A stretch of DNA of 64,000 bases from Vampirovibrionaceae bacterium NZW_1234 (GTDB taxonomy: Bacteria; Cyanobacteriota; Vampirovibrionia; Vampirovibrionales; JAGQHJ01). Each line of letters starts with the position of its first letter. Position 1 is the stretch's first letter. The position numbers and the translations under genes are program-made. The notes under the pieces are model-generated. The model made no database searches. It was not told the origin of the DNA and worked only from the letters and a program-made list of their open reading frames with translations. The stretch covers positions 32,001-96,000 of the forward strand of contig JBGUGD010000014.1 in the NCBI GenBank assembly GCA_041697335.1, in the 5' to 3' direction. Below, piece after piece: positions 29,186 to 40,014 of the stretch.

Positions 29186-29253
29186 TTAGCTCTCCTCCTA
29201 AAACTAATGACGCTGGCGCTCTCTCCCCCTATACTGAGCGCCTTTTTCTTTTT
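29186..29253 (+). ncRNA. Candidate small RNA 3 (~65 nt, anti-SD motif)
   Basis: Promoter upstream; TCTCCTCCT; GGCGCTC-TCTCCCCCTATACT-GAGCGCC followed by a T run. Confidence 0.65.
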
Positions 29254-29522
29254 GTCGGATTCACAGCCTACTATTCCCGCCAAGCAGCTGACGTGGAGAC
29301 TCTTGCGGTTGAGCGCAACATCAGTCATAATACAATCAGATATTCAAATTTGAATGCTCATAAAAGCATGAAGCCATAAAACATCTACAATTTGTTGATT
29401 AATTAATTTAATGAGGCAATTTCTTGTTGAAGCTTCCCGGCGAGTCATGGTAGGCTAGACCATGGAAGTGGGGATGTTTCCACCGACCTTGAATCACACA
29501 AAACGGATAGGGATTTATAGGG

Positions 29523-30329
29523 ATGCCGCAAACGCTTACTGCAGAAATACTTTTTGAACTTCGCCATATCCTTGCCCAAGATAGTCGTGAGGATGTTCCT
29601 GCGGTCAAAATGGTGTCCCTGGAATTCTGGGAACATGTGAAACAGTGGGTGCATCTTATCTGCGAAGTTCCTAAGCCCTTCACTATTGGTCTCACCGGCG
29701 GATCCGGCTCCGGAAAATCCATGGTTCGCGAGGTCTTGGTCAATGCCTTAAGCGACGTGGCCCAAGTGTCTTCATTTACCCAGGATAACTATTATCGAGA
29801 CTTCGAAAAAGACTTTCCACACCTTCCTCTGGAACGCTTTTATGACGAAATTGACTTCGATGATCCGGCCCACATCCAGTTTGAACAACTGGTTCAGGAT
29901 TTAACCCACTTAAAAACCTTGCAATTTGGGCAAACCTTACATATTCCCAAGCTGGTCTACGGAACTCCCTCCTCAATGCCGACCAGTATTCCCCAGGGTC
30001 TTGCCGTACCGATTCGACCCTTTATCGTAACCGAGGGAATCCACGCGTTTTACAACCCCTCTTTGCGGGCCTTATATGATTTCAAGATTTATGTCGATGT
30101 TGATGAAACCGAACGTCGGGAACGCTGGCTGGCCCGAAATCGCCAGGAAAACCGAGGCACCACCGATAACATGTGGCAAACGACGGTGGATTGTCTCCAT
30201 CAGCATATTCTGCCGAACCGGGCCCATGCCGACTTGGTGCTGAATAACGCCGCACCTCAGGATCAGATTGAGCACTTCATCTACCAGGTGATTCAACTCC
30301 TGCAACAGGCCGCTCAGCGGGCTGCCTGA
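29523..30329 (+). CDS. Uridine kinase/phosphoribulokinase family P-loop kinase
   Basis: IGLTGGSGSGKS, QDNYY, DFDDP, IVTEGIH, DFKIYVD, ILPNRAHADLV. Confidence 0.85.
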   Translation: MPQTLTAEILFELRHILAQDSREDVPAVKMVSLEFWEHVKQWVHLICEVPKPFTIGLTGGSGSGKSMVREVLVNALSDVAQVSSFTQDNYYRDFEKDFPHLPLERFYDEIDFDDPAHIQFEQLVQDLTHLKTLQFGQTLHIPKLVYGTPSSMPTSIPQGLAVPIRPFIVTEGIHAFYNPSLRALYDFKIYVDVDETERRERWLARNRQENRGTTDNMWQTTVDCLHQHILPNRAHADLVLNNAAPQDQIEHFIYQVIQLLQQAAQRAA

Positions 30330-30395
30330 TTCTTGCTCCCTCAGATCATTATCACCAATATAAATTTATAGCCTCTCAGCCACATCGTCTTGAAA

Positions 30396-30420
30396 AGGAA
30401 CGGCAGAATCTGCCGTTCCT
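30396..30420. repeat. REP-like palindrome, copy 1
   Basis: AGGAACGGCAGA-A-TCTGCCGTTCCT. Confidence 0.55.
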
Positions 30421-30581
30421 CTGGTTTTGTTGGTGTATCCTCGCTACGGGTCGGATGGACCCGGTACCATGACGAGTCCTCGACCTTGCCTTCTTGGATT
30501 ACCGCTGCAATCACGCAGATACGCCCCTCACAGGAGAGACATCATCGGCGACTACTAACACAAAACGGTGTTCAGGCGATT

Positions 30582-30608
30582 TAAAAGACTAGTGATTTGT
30601 GACGAGAG
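30582..30608 (+). promoter_or_regulatory. Sigma-28-like promoter
   Basis: TAAA-N15-GACGAGAG, 14 nt before ATG 30623. Confidence 0.4.
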
Positions 30609-30622
30609 AGATTACTGCCTGA

Positions 30623-31948
30623 ATGAGTTCTCCCATAACATTACCACCTGTTCAGCTTCCTGTTGTGACACCCTACAATGCGGCACAAGCCATTTATGGG
30701 CTGAACAAACAATTCAGCCCCTACCGGAAATGGGCCATAGAACCTCTGGCAACCTCACAAAAGCTGATTGAAGAAGCCTATGATCTATTTAAACCCCAGA
30801 TTGAAAGCGTTTTGGAAGACCTCCCTGAAGGAGACTCACGAAAAATGGGCTTTATCGATGCCATTTCGTCCCAAAACCAAGCTCGATTGAGTAAACTGCC
30901 TTCGCCACTAAAACCCTTAATCGATAAACTCGTCGCACTCCGGGCAGCAGCCTTCCCCGAAAGCCAACGCCGGGAAAAGGTTGTCACGAATCAGGTTCGG
31001 CCTTATCTCCCCTTTGTCAAAAATCATATTCGCGATGTTCAATTTAACCAGGCGTTACTCCAAATGGACCCGGATTCCGTGGCCTTGGCTCATCCCAAAA
31101 ACGTTCGCGTGGTGGCCCCGGTCGGCCAGAATTATGGCTCTACAGGCCCTCATGGTATGACTGGCCCCCACGATCTGACCTTGGGCAACAAAGCTTGGCA
31201 ACGAGCCCTTCAAAAAACCGCCAGTATGGATGAGGCCGTCTCCCACTATCTTAACTGGTCAGTCATTCCTGCGGATGCCGACCCGGCTGTTCCCGATTCC
31301 GGTCTCCAAGTGGTCGCTCCGGTAGCCACACGCCGCAGCAACCCCTATGCTTGGCGAAAGGCTGACAACACTAACCCTAACGTCCGTCGGATTGCGGTCT
31401 TCATAGATGACGCCGAAGAAAACATGAAAGACCAAACCGATGGCTTGATGAAGAACTTTATTAAACAGCCCTGGAATGCCTTTAACGCTCAAAGCGGATT
31501 CTCGGGGTATCGGGTGGATGAGATCCTGATTGTACGGCCCCCAACGGCTGAAGAATCGAAGCGAGGGATTACCGTTTATGACAAATTGACACATGCCTTT
31601 GCACAAATGCATGCCTTCACCGAGGACCAAAGAAAACAGGCTAGAGCGCAAGGCCAGGACCCCAAGGCCTTATCGTTTGAAAGTTATATCTCCTGGGCGG
31701 TTCATGGGTCTTCAGAGCTGCCTAAGCACTTGGAACTTCAAGAAAAACAGACTGGGCAAACGTGTCCAGAAAGATTCCGCGAGGGCAGCATGGAATTCCG
31801 GGCCTTGTTTAAACCCCTGGTCCCTGAAAACCACAAGGAAAATGTATCTGAAACGACCCTCAAACACCTGGAACATCAGTATCTCAGCAACTTCCGCTAC
31901 GTTGTCCAGCATCTGACCTCGTGCACCTCGGGAAGCTTTACCGCCTAA
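30623..31948 (+). CDS. Hypothetical protein with C-terminal clan CD (caspase/legumain-like) peptidase motifs
   Basis: RRIAVFID strand, YISWAVHG (His-Gly), VVQHLTSCTSG (Cys) at the extreme C-terminus. Confidence 0.55.
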   Translation: MSSPITLPPVQLPVVTPYNAAQAIYGLNKQFSPYRKWAIEPLATSQKLIEEAYDLFKPQIESVLEDLPEGDSRKMGFIDAISSQNQARLSKLPSPLKPLIDKLVALRAAAFPESQRREKVVTNQVRPYLPFVKNHIRDVQFNQALLQMDPDSVALAHPKNVRVVAPVGQNYGSTGPHGMTGPHDLTLGNKAWQRALQKTASMDEAVSHYLNWSVIPADADPAVPDSGLQVVAPVATRRSNPYAWRKADNTNPNVRRIAVFIDDAEENMKDQTDGLMKNFIKQPWNAFNAQSGFSGYRVDEILIVRPPTAEESKRGITVYDKLTHAFAQMHAFTEDQRKQARAQGQDPKALSFESYISWAVHGSSELPKHLELQEKQTGQTCPERFREGSMEFRALFKPLVPENHKENVSETTLKHLEHQYLSNFRYVVQHLTSCTSGSFTA

Positions 31949-31952
31949 TACG

Positions 31953-31988
31953 ACACCAGGCCTTGCTGAACAGCAAGGCCTGGTGTTT
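31953..31988. terminator. Intrinsic terminator between convergent genes
   Basis: ACACCAGGCCTTGCTG-aa-CAGCAAGGCCTGGTGT followed by TT. Confidence 0.8.
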
Positions 31989-32009
31989 GTATTTATGCCG
32001 GATTGAAGA

Positions 32010-34493
32010 CTATTCTTCTTCAATGGGCACAATTTTAGTGACCGAGGCAATCGAATCGTCATCATCCAGGTTCTGGAGTCGGACGCCCGTTGCCGGACGA
32101 CCTTGACGGGAAATATCCTTGGCTGTCAGACGAACCACGATGCCTTTAGCAGTAACCAGCATCAGCTCATCGTCTTCCTGCACCACCATAATGTTGGTGA
32201 GGCGGCTGAGTTCGTTCTTGAACTTGGTAGCAATCAACCCGATGCCACCACGATTCTGGGCACGAAACTCGGTGAGGCTGGTCCGCTTACCAAAGCCATC
32301 GGTAGTGACCACCAAGAGGTCGACGTTATTGAGGTCGCAGGGAACAATGCTAAAGTCAACCATATGGTCGCCTTGGCGTAGCTTCATTGCCGTCACCCCT
32401 CGGGCTGTCCGCCCCAGTGGCCGCAAATCGGAGCAGGGGAAACGAATGGCCATCCCCATCGCCGTACCAATAATGACATTGTCATTCTCGGTGCTGGACA
32501 GAGCAACCCAGTTGAGCTTGTCCCCTTCTTCAAGGTGAATGGCAATCAGACCATTGCGACGGATATTGTCGAAGTTTTCCAACAGAATCCGCTTAATCCA
32601 GCCCTTGCGGGTCAACATGACCAGGGATTTTCCATTGTTGTCCTGCTTGGACGGAATGGGGATAATCGCCGTGATCTTTTCGTCCTGGTTGAGCGGCAAG
32701 AGGTTTATCATCGGCAAGCCCCGTGCTGTACGCCCGCCTTCAGGGAAATCATAGACGTTGAGCTTGTAGGCCACGCCCCGATCGCTGAAGAAAAGTACCG
32801 AGTCGTGCATGCCCGCCATAAAGATGTTGACGACATCGTCTTCATCCTTGGTCTTCATGCCACCTTTGCCTCGGGTCGCCCGATTCTGACGCTCGAAGGT
32901 ATCCAGGGGAATCCGCTTGATGTAACCCATCCGAGTCACAAAGATAGCCATGGCTTCGTTGGGGGTTAAATCTTCAATGCGGAACTCGCCTTCTTCGGGC
33001 AGGATCTGGGTTTTGCGCCGGTCGCCATATTTTTCCTTCAGCTCCAGCAATTCGCCTTTAATGATGCCAAGGACTTTCTGACGGTCAGCCAGAATGGCCC
33101 GGTATTCCGCAATTTTGCGAGTCAACTCGTCGTGCTCGGCCGCGATTTTCTCACGCTCCAAGCCGGTCAAGCGGCGTAATTGCATTTCCAAAATGGCGTT
33201 AGCCTGCTCCAAATCCAAGCCGTAATTGCTCATCAACTGCTGACGCGCATTTTCCGTGGACTCGGCTTCCCGGATCATCTGAATCACCCGATCCAGGTCA
33301 CCAATGGCGATAATCAAGCCTGCCAGAATGTGAGCCCGTGCTTCGGCTTTGTTCAACTCAAAGCGGGTGCGGCGAACCACCACATCCACCCGGTGTTCCA
33401 CGAACTCCGTCAGGATATCGGGAAGGCTCAGCAAGCGAGGCTGCTTGTTCACCAGGGCCAGCATGTTGATACCAAAGGAGGTTTGAAGCTGGGTTTGTTT
33501 GTACAGGTTATTCAAGACAACATCGGGCTTGGCATCACGTTTCAGCTCGATGACAACTCGCATCCCTTCACGGTCGGATTCGTTTCGGAGGTCACTGATG
33601 CCCTCAATTTTCTTCTCACGAACCAGTTCAGCAATTTTCTCGATGAGGGTGGTGAGGTTAACCTGATACGGAATCTCCGTGATGACAATGGCCGTACGCT
33701 CTTGACGGCCACCACCGCCAGGAATTTGCTCGATGGTCGTTACGCCCCGCATTAGGACACTGCCTCGGCCCGTACGGAAAGCTTCACGGATACCGCCACT
33801 GCCGACAATGGTTGCCGCTGTTGGGAAGTCAGGACCTTTGACATATTGCATCAGGTCATCGGCTTCCAAGGTGGGGTTGTCAATCATGGCAACCACCCCA
33901 TCAATGACCTCGCCGGCATTAAAGGGTGGAATATTGGTGGCCATCCCCACGGCAATCCCGCTGGAGCCGTTCAGCAACAGCATGGGCAAGCGACAGGGAA
34001 GGACAGAAGGCTCTTCCAAAGAACCGTCAAAGTTCGGAACAAAGTCAACGGTGTCCTGATCGATGTCTTGCAGCATCGTCAGGGCAATCGGGGTTAAGCG
34101 GCTTTCGGTATAACGCATGGCTGCTGCGTTATCCCCTTCAATACTGCCAAAGTTCCCGTGGCCGTCAATCAGGGGGTAGCGACTTGCAAAGTCCTGAGCC
34201 AGACGAACCAGGGCATCATATACCGCCGTATCGCCGTGTGGGTGGTACTTACCCAGCACTTCCCCGACGATTCTGGCGCATTTCTTATAGGGCTTGTCCG
34301 GGGTCATCCCCAGCTCGTTCATGGCGTATAAAATGCGTCGGTGAACCGGCTTTAAACCGTCCCGAACATCCGGTAACGCCCGCCCCACAATGACGCTCAT
34401 CGCATAGTCGATATACGAGCGCCGCATCTCTTCCCGAATACTGATGGGCTGAATGTTCCCATCACCGAATAAAGTGGGTTGTTTGGTACTCAA
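32010..34493 (-). CDS. gyrA: DNA gyrase subunit A
   Basis: [38 protein letters not shown], GyrA-box-like QNRATRG, C-terminal pinwheel repeats. Confidence 0.97.
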   Translation of the reverse strand: MSTKQPTLFGDGNIQPISIREEMRRSYIDYAMSVIVGRALPDVRDGLKPVHRRILYAMNELGMTPDKPYKKCARIVGEVLGKYHPHGDTAVYDALVRLAQDFASRYPLIDGHGNFGSIEGDNAAAMRYTESRLTPIALTMLQDIDQDTVDFVPNFDGSLEEPSVLPCRLPMLLLNGSSGIAVGMATNIPPFNAGEVIDGVVAMIDNPTLEADDLMQYVKGPDFPTAATIVGSGGIREAFRTGRGSVLMRGVTTIEQIPGGGGRQERTAIVITEIPYQVNLTTLIEKIAELVREKKIEGISDLRNESDREGMRVVIELKRDAKPDVVLNNLYKQTQLQTSFGINMLALVNKQPRLLSLPDILTEFVEHRVDVVVRRTRFELNKAEARAHILAGLIIAIGDLDRVIQMIREAESTENARQQLMSNYGLDLEQANAILEMQLRRLTGLEREKIAAEHDELTRKIAEYRAILADRQKVLGIIKGELLELKEKYGDRRKTQILPEEGEFRIEDLTPNEAMAIFVTRMGYIKRIPLDTFERQNRATRGKGGMKTKDEDDVVNIFMAGMHDSVLFFSDRGVAYKLNVYDFPEGGRTARGLPMINLLPLNQDEKITAIIPIPSKQDNNGKSLVMLTRKGWIKRILLENFDNIRRNGLIAIHLEEGDKLNWVALSSTENDNVIIGTAMGMAIRFPCSDLRPLGRTARGVTAMKLRQGDHMVDFSIVPCDLNNVDLLVVTTDGFGKRTSLTEFRAQNRGGIGLIATKFKNELSRLTNIMVVQEDDELMLVTAKGIVVRLTAKDISRQGRPATGVRLQNLDDDDSIASVTKIVPIEEE

Positions 34494-34629
34494 GGGTCAT
34501 GATCCTCTTCTATCTAGGTCCTGGGCTATTATACTGCAAGGACGGACGAATGCCTAATCTCTGGTTACGGTTCAGGACGAATAGATACAAATTGTCACCA
34601 AAGAGCTCTAAAATTTGCTATTTCCAGCC

Positions 34630-35127
34630 TTATACCCGCTCTTGGCCGATAGCTGGCTCATCGGATTCGACCACATGATGCTCTGATGCAGGCTGTTTCC
34701 AGAATTTTTGCATTTCGATATACACAAAAGAGGTAGACCAGCCCAGCATCATCAGCCCGGTCAATGTCTCCATTGAGGTGGTGAAGCGAATGGGTCCATT
34801 GGGAATGATATCGCCAAAGCCAAGTGACGTGTAAACCACTGCCGAATAATAAACATAATCCAGAAGGCGAAACAGGCCGATACCCTCAAGATGGCCAATA
34901 TGGAGCACATCCGTAACAAACATCAGGTTAAAGGCAAAAAGCCAAATTTCGATCAAGTGAACGGTTAACAAGCCAAAGATGAGAAACACCAACCTTAAGC
35001 GGGAGGGAACTTTGAGCCTGGGCAATGCCGCTGTCATCAATTGCAGGCATTCAAAATGGGTCATAACGGCCAGCACCACGGCAAAACCCGTCATGAGAAA
35101 GACAATAAATACCTCCATCCCGTCCAT
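34630..35127 (-). CDS. Ion_trans_2 (potassium-channel-like) membrane protein
   Basis: HLIEIWLFA, YYSAVVYTSLGFGDI, E.LTGL.MLGWSTSF. Confidence 0.85.
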   Translation of the reverse strand: MDGMEVFIVFLMTGFAVVLAVMTHFECLQLMTAALPRLKVPSRLRLVFLIFGLLTVHLIEIWLFAFNLMFVTDVLHIGHLEGIGLFRLLDYVYYSAVVYTSLGFGDIIPNGPIRFTTSMETLTGLMMLGWSTSFVYIEMQKFWKQPASEHHVVESDEPAIGQERV

Positions 35128-35345
35128 GAACAACAGCACTCTTTCTTAGAACTTATCGAATGACATTGGGCTTCATCATTAACACCCTACATGCCCGCTT
35201 TTGAAAAAGCAAGGTTATCCATGAGAACAAGCACCTTCCCCAAACGGCTAATAACACAATGTTGGTGTTTGCTGAGCCTGTGCTTGGCTACAGTGTAAAT
35301 AATGCTGTAACCCTTAATAACGCATTCAGAAAGGAAATCTTAGCA

Positions 35346-35738
35346 ATGTCACAATATCATGCCGCCGTTTGGATCGATCATGCCGAAGCCCGGGTATTTC
35401 AGTTTGACGTGGACCATGTGGAAAAAACCATCGTGCATCCGGATCAACCGCATAAGAAACTGCATCACAAAGCAGGGGCCGTAGGCTCAGGCAACACAGC
35501 TGAAGACAGGCACTTTTATCAAAGCGTTGTAGAAGCCCTTGAGGGTGCCCATGAAATTTTAATTCTCGGCCCTGGTCAAGCGAAACTCCAATTGGTGAAA
35601 TACGTACACAAATTCCAGCCGAAACTGGAGGAATTTATTGTGGGCGTTGAATCGTCGGATCATCCCACCGACGGTCAGATTGTTGCGTATGCTCGAAAAT
35701 ACTTCAAAAAAGCAGATATGATGTTGTCGCAGATGTAG
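35346..35738 (+). CDS. eRF1-domain-2-like 'translational machinery' protein
   Basis: HAAVWIDH.EA, ILILGPGQAK, VGVE..DHPTDGQIVAYARKYF. Confidence 0.75.
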   Translation: MSQYHAAVWIDHAEARVFQFDVDHVEKTIVHPDQPHKKLHHKAGAVGSGNTAEDRHFYQSVVEALEGAHEILILGPGQAKLQLVKYVHKFQPKLEEFIVGVESSDHPTDGQIVAYARKYFKKADMMLSQM

Positions 35739-36278
35739 CTACCTTGAGCCGGAACCCAATTATTCGAAGTGACCATCCGGTGAATTCACGCATTGATATT
35801 TACCGCAAGCCAAATGGTGATGATTGGCATTCCTGGATGAGTTACCTGCTTGGGAACTCCGGCGGACACCGACTCTGATTTTTCGGCAAACCAACCTCAT
35901 ATTTGGGGTAGTACGTAGTACAAGAATTATTTTTTGAATGCCTTGGGTTGTCCAGCGCCCAAGGCATCACATTGGTTATCTGTGTTGCGAAAAACACCCG
36001 TCTGGTTTAGCAAGATAGTTATTATTCACACCTTGAATTTTTTTACTTTAAATTCTATAGAGCTTTGTTTTGAAAACAGGTTCCTCGCAAAATGCAATCT
36101 GAGAGGCAACTATTCCTTGTTTTGAAATCAAATTTTTGAAATCAAACTGGGATACAAAACGTGTCTTCAGGAGACGCGATATCCACTATAACGTCAAAGC
36201 CATCAAGCTCAATTTCTGTCAACGTTTAAGCTCAGCAACCGCACTTATGGCGACATCAACCTGAATCTGATCAAAAGA

Positions 36279-39200
36279 CTAAGTTGAGTAGTACTTGGCC
36301 TCGGGATGGTGGACCACCATAGCGGAGGTGGATTGCTCGGGCTCGATTTGGTAGGCCTCGGTAAGGCGGATGCCTGTGTATTTACTGACTTCCATCAGTT
36401 CGAACTGTTTCGCCTGATCAGCGAGATCGGGGCAGGCAGGGTAGCCGAAGCTGTAGCGCTTGCCTTGGCCAATGGGGAGACCCAGCTCCGTAAGAATCAT
36501 CCGGTGAGACCATTCAGCCAGGGCCTCGGCCATCTGAACAGCCAATCCATGAAGGTAATAACTGCGGGAGTATTCACCCTGACGATCCAGAGCATTACCC
36601 ACTTCACCCACCCGATGGCCCATAGTGACCAATTGCAAGGGCAGCACATCCACCTGGCCTTGATCCAGAAAGTAATCGGATAAGCACAGCAAATCTCTAT
36701 CGGTCTGACGAGGGAAGCTAAAGCGCATGCGCTCAGTTTTTTGGTCCTCGTGCAAAACAACTAAATCATTGTTGTCCCGGTGGCAAGGAAAGTAGCCATA
36801 CAAGACCTGGGGCTGCAAGATGGCATCATCCTTGCACTCGTTGAGCAAATTCACCAACAAGGGGTAAAACTCCTCCTGCACCAGTTTGTCATACTCTTCC
36901 TTGGGCTTGTTTTTAAGGCCCCAGGACAGACGAAACAGCGAGGGGAAATCCATCAGTTTGAAAATCTCGTCTAAATCCAGATCCGTCGGATTTAACAAAC
37001 GCATGCCCCAGAACGGAGGCGCCGGAATGGAGGGCGCAGGCTTGACCTGCCGTTCGGTGGTAATCACCGGAACCGGGGCGTTGGCCTTGTAACGTTCGGA
37101 CTTCTCGCGCCGGGCAGTCAAATCGGCCTGGTACTCCGCCATCAGGCCCTCTTTCTGAGCCGGATCCATCAGGCGGTTCATAATTCCAAGCCCCTCAAAG
37201 GCGTCCTTGGAGTAAAACACCCCGCCAGGATAGGTCAGCTCCTCACCCAGGCAGGAAATCCGAAACCCGAAATCCCGGTTAATCGCCGCCCCACCAATAA
37301 TAATGGGGTAATGCAAATCCTGTTTGTTGCACTCTTCCACACAATAGGCCATTTGCTTGGATGTGGTCACCAGCAGTGCACTTAAGCCAATCGCATCGGC
37401 ATTCACCTCTTTGGCCTTGGCCAAAATCGTCGGCAAGGGCACTTGTTTTCCCAAATCGTGAACAACGTAGCCATTGTTACTGAAAATGGTTTTCACCAGG
37501 TTCTTGCCAATATCGTGAACGTCGCCATAGACCGTGGCCAGGACCAACGTCCCTTTGGCCACCTGGTCGGATTTATCCAGAAACTGCTCCAAATAGGCCA
37601 CCGATTTTTTCATGACTTCCGCCGATTGAAGAACAAAGGGCAAAATCAACTCACCGGTTGCCATCTTGTCACCGACTTCTTTCATTGCCGGTAACAAAAT
37701 TGTGTTAATAATTTCAGCCGGAGCATATGTCTCCAGTGCCTTGGCAAGAACATCTTCGATGCCTTCTTTCCGGCGGTTCAAGATTTGGTAGTGAATTTGC
37801 TCTTCAATGGTACGCTCAACGTTGTCTTCTTCCACAGCCTGTTTGGCGTTGAAGGAACCTCCATGGGTTTCAAAGTAGGCAATAAAATCGGCAAGTGCCT
37901 GTTCATTTTCGTTTAACACAAGAGCATCCGCGAGTTTTCGTTCCTGTTCAGTCAGCATAGGGTAGGGAATAATCTCCTTGGCATTCACAATTGCCAAATC
38001 AAGGCCGGCTTTTGTGGCGTGATAAAGGTACACACTATTTAACACTCTTCTGGCCTGCGGCGTCAAACCGAAAGATGCGTTACTAACCCCTAAGACCGTA
38101 TACGTCCCCGGCAGATTGGCTTTAATCCAGCGAATGGCATTGAAAGTTTCAATGGCAGAATTGCGAAATTCTTCGTCTCCGGTGGCCAACGTGAAGGTCA
38201 AAGGGTCATAAATCAAGGTATGCGGAGGCAAGCCGTAGTCCCCGGTAACAATGTCATACAGTTTCTGGGCCACTTCGATTTTCCGATCTGTGGTTTTAGC
38301 CATGCCGTCAGCATCAATGAGCATCGCGACAGCCGAGCCGCCATAGGTTTTCAGCAACGGAACTATCTTATGAACCCGTTCGCCGTCGCCTTCCAAGTGG
38401 ATTGAATTGACAATGGGACGCCCGGGAACCAATTTCAAGGCTTCTTCAATGACCGGGTACTCGGTGGAATCAATCACCAGAGGTGCCTCAACCATTTGAG
38501 ACAGATCTTTCACCAGTCGGCACATCTGAACCGATTCATCATCTCGCTCGTTCAGGGCCACACACACATCAAGCAAGTGAGCCCCCTCTTCCACCTGGGT
38601 GCGCCCCATCAGGGCCATGGTTTCGTAGTCATCTTCCATCAACAGGGTCTTGAATTTGCGGCTGCCCTGGGAGTTCAGGCGTTCGCCCACAATTATAGGC
38701 CGATTGGGCATATCCAAACTTACGGCCTTAATGGGACTGCTCACAGCCCGAACCTCTTCTATGTTACGGGTCTTTGGTTGACGCTCTCCCAAGGCCTTTA
38801 CTACCGCCCCCACATGGTCTGGCGTCGTGCCACAACAGCCCCCCACAATGTTCACACCAAAGGTATCCACAAACTCCACCAGGGCCTTGGCAAAGGGATC
38901 CGGCGCCAGGTTATACCGAGCCTGACCTTCAATATTTTCCGGCAAACCGGCATTGGGAATCACGGAAATGGGAATCGGAGAAAAGTCGGACAAATAGCGA
39001 ACCGGCTCACGCATTTCATCAGGACCTGTGCTGCAATTCAAGCCGAAAACATCCACTTTCAGGTCCATAAACAACGGCAGTGCCGCCGCCACATCGGTTC
39101 CCAAAAGCATCCGCCCTGAAGTATCCAGCGTCGGCTGGGCAATTAACAAAATGTCTTTGCCACTGGCCGCAATGGCTTCTTTTGCCCCGATGACGGCATG

Positions 39201-39773
39201 TTTCATTTCCAAAATATCTTGGCCCGTTTCAATAATGAGGCCATGCACCCCTGCCTCAATCAAAATCTGAGCTTGCTCCCGGTAAACGGCCCGCAGGGTA
39301 TCGACACTCATATTGCCCAACGTCGGATCACTGGAAGAAGGAAGGTATCCCGTGGGTCCCAGCGAACCAATAATATAGCGGGGTGTTTCCGAATCAGGCA
39401 TGCTCAAGATAGCTTCTTGCGCAACGCGCACAGCAGCGGTGTTGATCTCGACAATTTGGTCCTCAAGGCCATATTCTTCAAGCTTGATTCGATTAGAGCC
39501 AAAGGTATTGGTCTCCAGACAGTCGCACCCAACCTTAAGATAGCTGGCATGAATTTCCCGGATGATTTCGGGCCGAATCAGCGCCAAGTAATCATTACAC
39601 CCATCTTTTCCCAAAAAATCCTCGGCCGTCAGATTATAGGTTTGAATACTGGTTCCCATGGCGCCATCAAAGACCAAAACCTTCTGATGTAAGCGCTCTC
39701 GAAGGGGAATGGAAACCGGAGGACATGCGAGAGAGGGAGGGGCTTCTGACACGGCGATGCTCTTCGTAACCAC
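36279..39773 (-). CDS. metH: B12-dependent methionine synthase
   Basis: DGAMGT, GLNC, GGCCGTTP, IVGER.N, GDVHDIGKN, RYSFGYPACP, PEQST. Confidence 0.97.
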   Translation of the reverse strand: MVTKSIAVSEAPPSLACPPVSIPLRERLHQKVLVFDGAMGTSIQTYNLTAEDFLGKDGCNDYLALIRPEIIREIHASYLKVGCDCLETNTFGSNRIKLEEYGLEDQIVEINTAAVRVAQEAILSMPDSETPRYIIGSLGPTGYLPSSSDPTLGNMSVDTLRAVYREQAQILIEAGVHGLIIETGQDILEMKHAVIGAKEAIAASGKDILLIAQPTLDTSGRMLLGTDVAAALPLFMDLKVDVFGLNCSTGPDEMREPVRYLSDFSPIPISVIPNAGLPENIEGQARYNLAPDPFAKALVEFVDTFGVNIVGGCCGTTPDHVGAVVKALGERQPKTRNIEEVRAVSSPIKAVSLDMPNRPIIVGERLNSQGSRKFKTLLMEDDYETMALMGRTQVEEGAHLLDVCVALNERDDESVQMCRLVKDLSQMVEAPLVIDSTEYPVIEEALKLVPGRPIVNSIHLEGDGERVHKIVPLLKTYGGSAVAMLIDADGMAKTTDRKIEVAQKLYDIVTGDYGLPPHTLIYDPLTFTLATGDEEFRNSAIETFNAIRWIKANLPGTYTVLGVSNASFGLTPQARRVLNSVYLYHATKAGLDLAIVNAKEIIPYPMLTEQERKLADALVLNENEQALADFIAYFETHGGSFNAKQAVEEDNVERTIEEQIHYQILNRRKEGIEDVLAKALETYAPAEIINTILLPAMKEVGDKMATGELILPFVLQSAEVMKKSVAYLEQFLDKSDQVAKGTLVLATVYGDVHDIGKNLVKTIFSNNGYVVHDLGKQVPLPTILAKAKEVNADAIGLSALLVTTSKQMAYCVEECNKQDLHYPIIIGGAAINRDFGFRISCLGEELTYPGGVFYSKDAFEGLGIMNRLMDPAQKEGLMAEYQADLTARREKSERYKANAPVPVITTERQVKPAPSIPAPPFWGMRLLNPTDLDLDEIFKLMDFPSLFRLSWGLKNKPKEEYDKLVQEEFYPLLVNLLNECKDDAILQPQVLYGYFPCHRDNNDLVVLHEDQKTERMRFSFPRQTDRDLLCLSDYFLDQGQVDVLPLQLVTMGHRVGEVGNALDRQGEYSRSYYLHGLAVQMAEALAEWSHRMILTELGLPIGQGKRYSFGYPACPDLADQAKQFELMEVSKYTGIRLTEAYQIEPEQSTSAMVVHHPEAKYYST

Positions 39774-40014
39774 TTGTGACCTGTGCCCTCTTATTATACT
39801 CGCTGATAGAGAAAGCTACTCGCTTGGCTCAAAGAATCGTCTGAATTCTCAAGTATTTCAGGCTATTTCATAGACCATGTAAAGATAAGATACATAACAA
39901 TAAATAAAAAACAAACAAAACCAAATTCCCAAATCCGGGGTGATACGATGAATTATGAAAGCACCACATTTTTATGGTCAGTAGTTTCGAGTAAGCAATC
40001 ACATTGGGGTGTAT

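Noticed and set aside
28901..29379. Short ORFs 28901-29089 and 29104-29379
   Set aside because: TTG/GTG starts without SD; they run through hairpins, a promoter and a terminator that are better explained as ncRNA.
35880..35925. GGCAAACC as the start of a c-di-GMP-I (GEMM) riboswitch
   Set aside because: No GNRA-capped P2, no GACGCAAA segment and no downstream co-oriented gene.
36120..36146. TTTTGAAATCAAA direct repeat x2
   Set aside because: Low-complexity duplication in AT-rich DNA between convergent genes, with no further support.
39774..40010. SAM or cobalamin riboswitch upstream of metH
   Set aside because: A TATAAT box sits about 20 nt from the start, leaving no room, and no B12-box or SAM-I consensus was seen.
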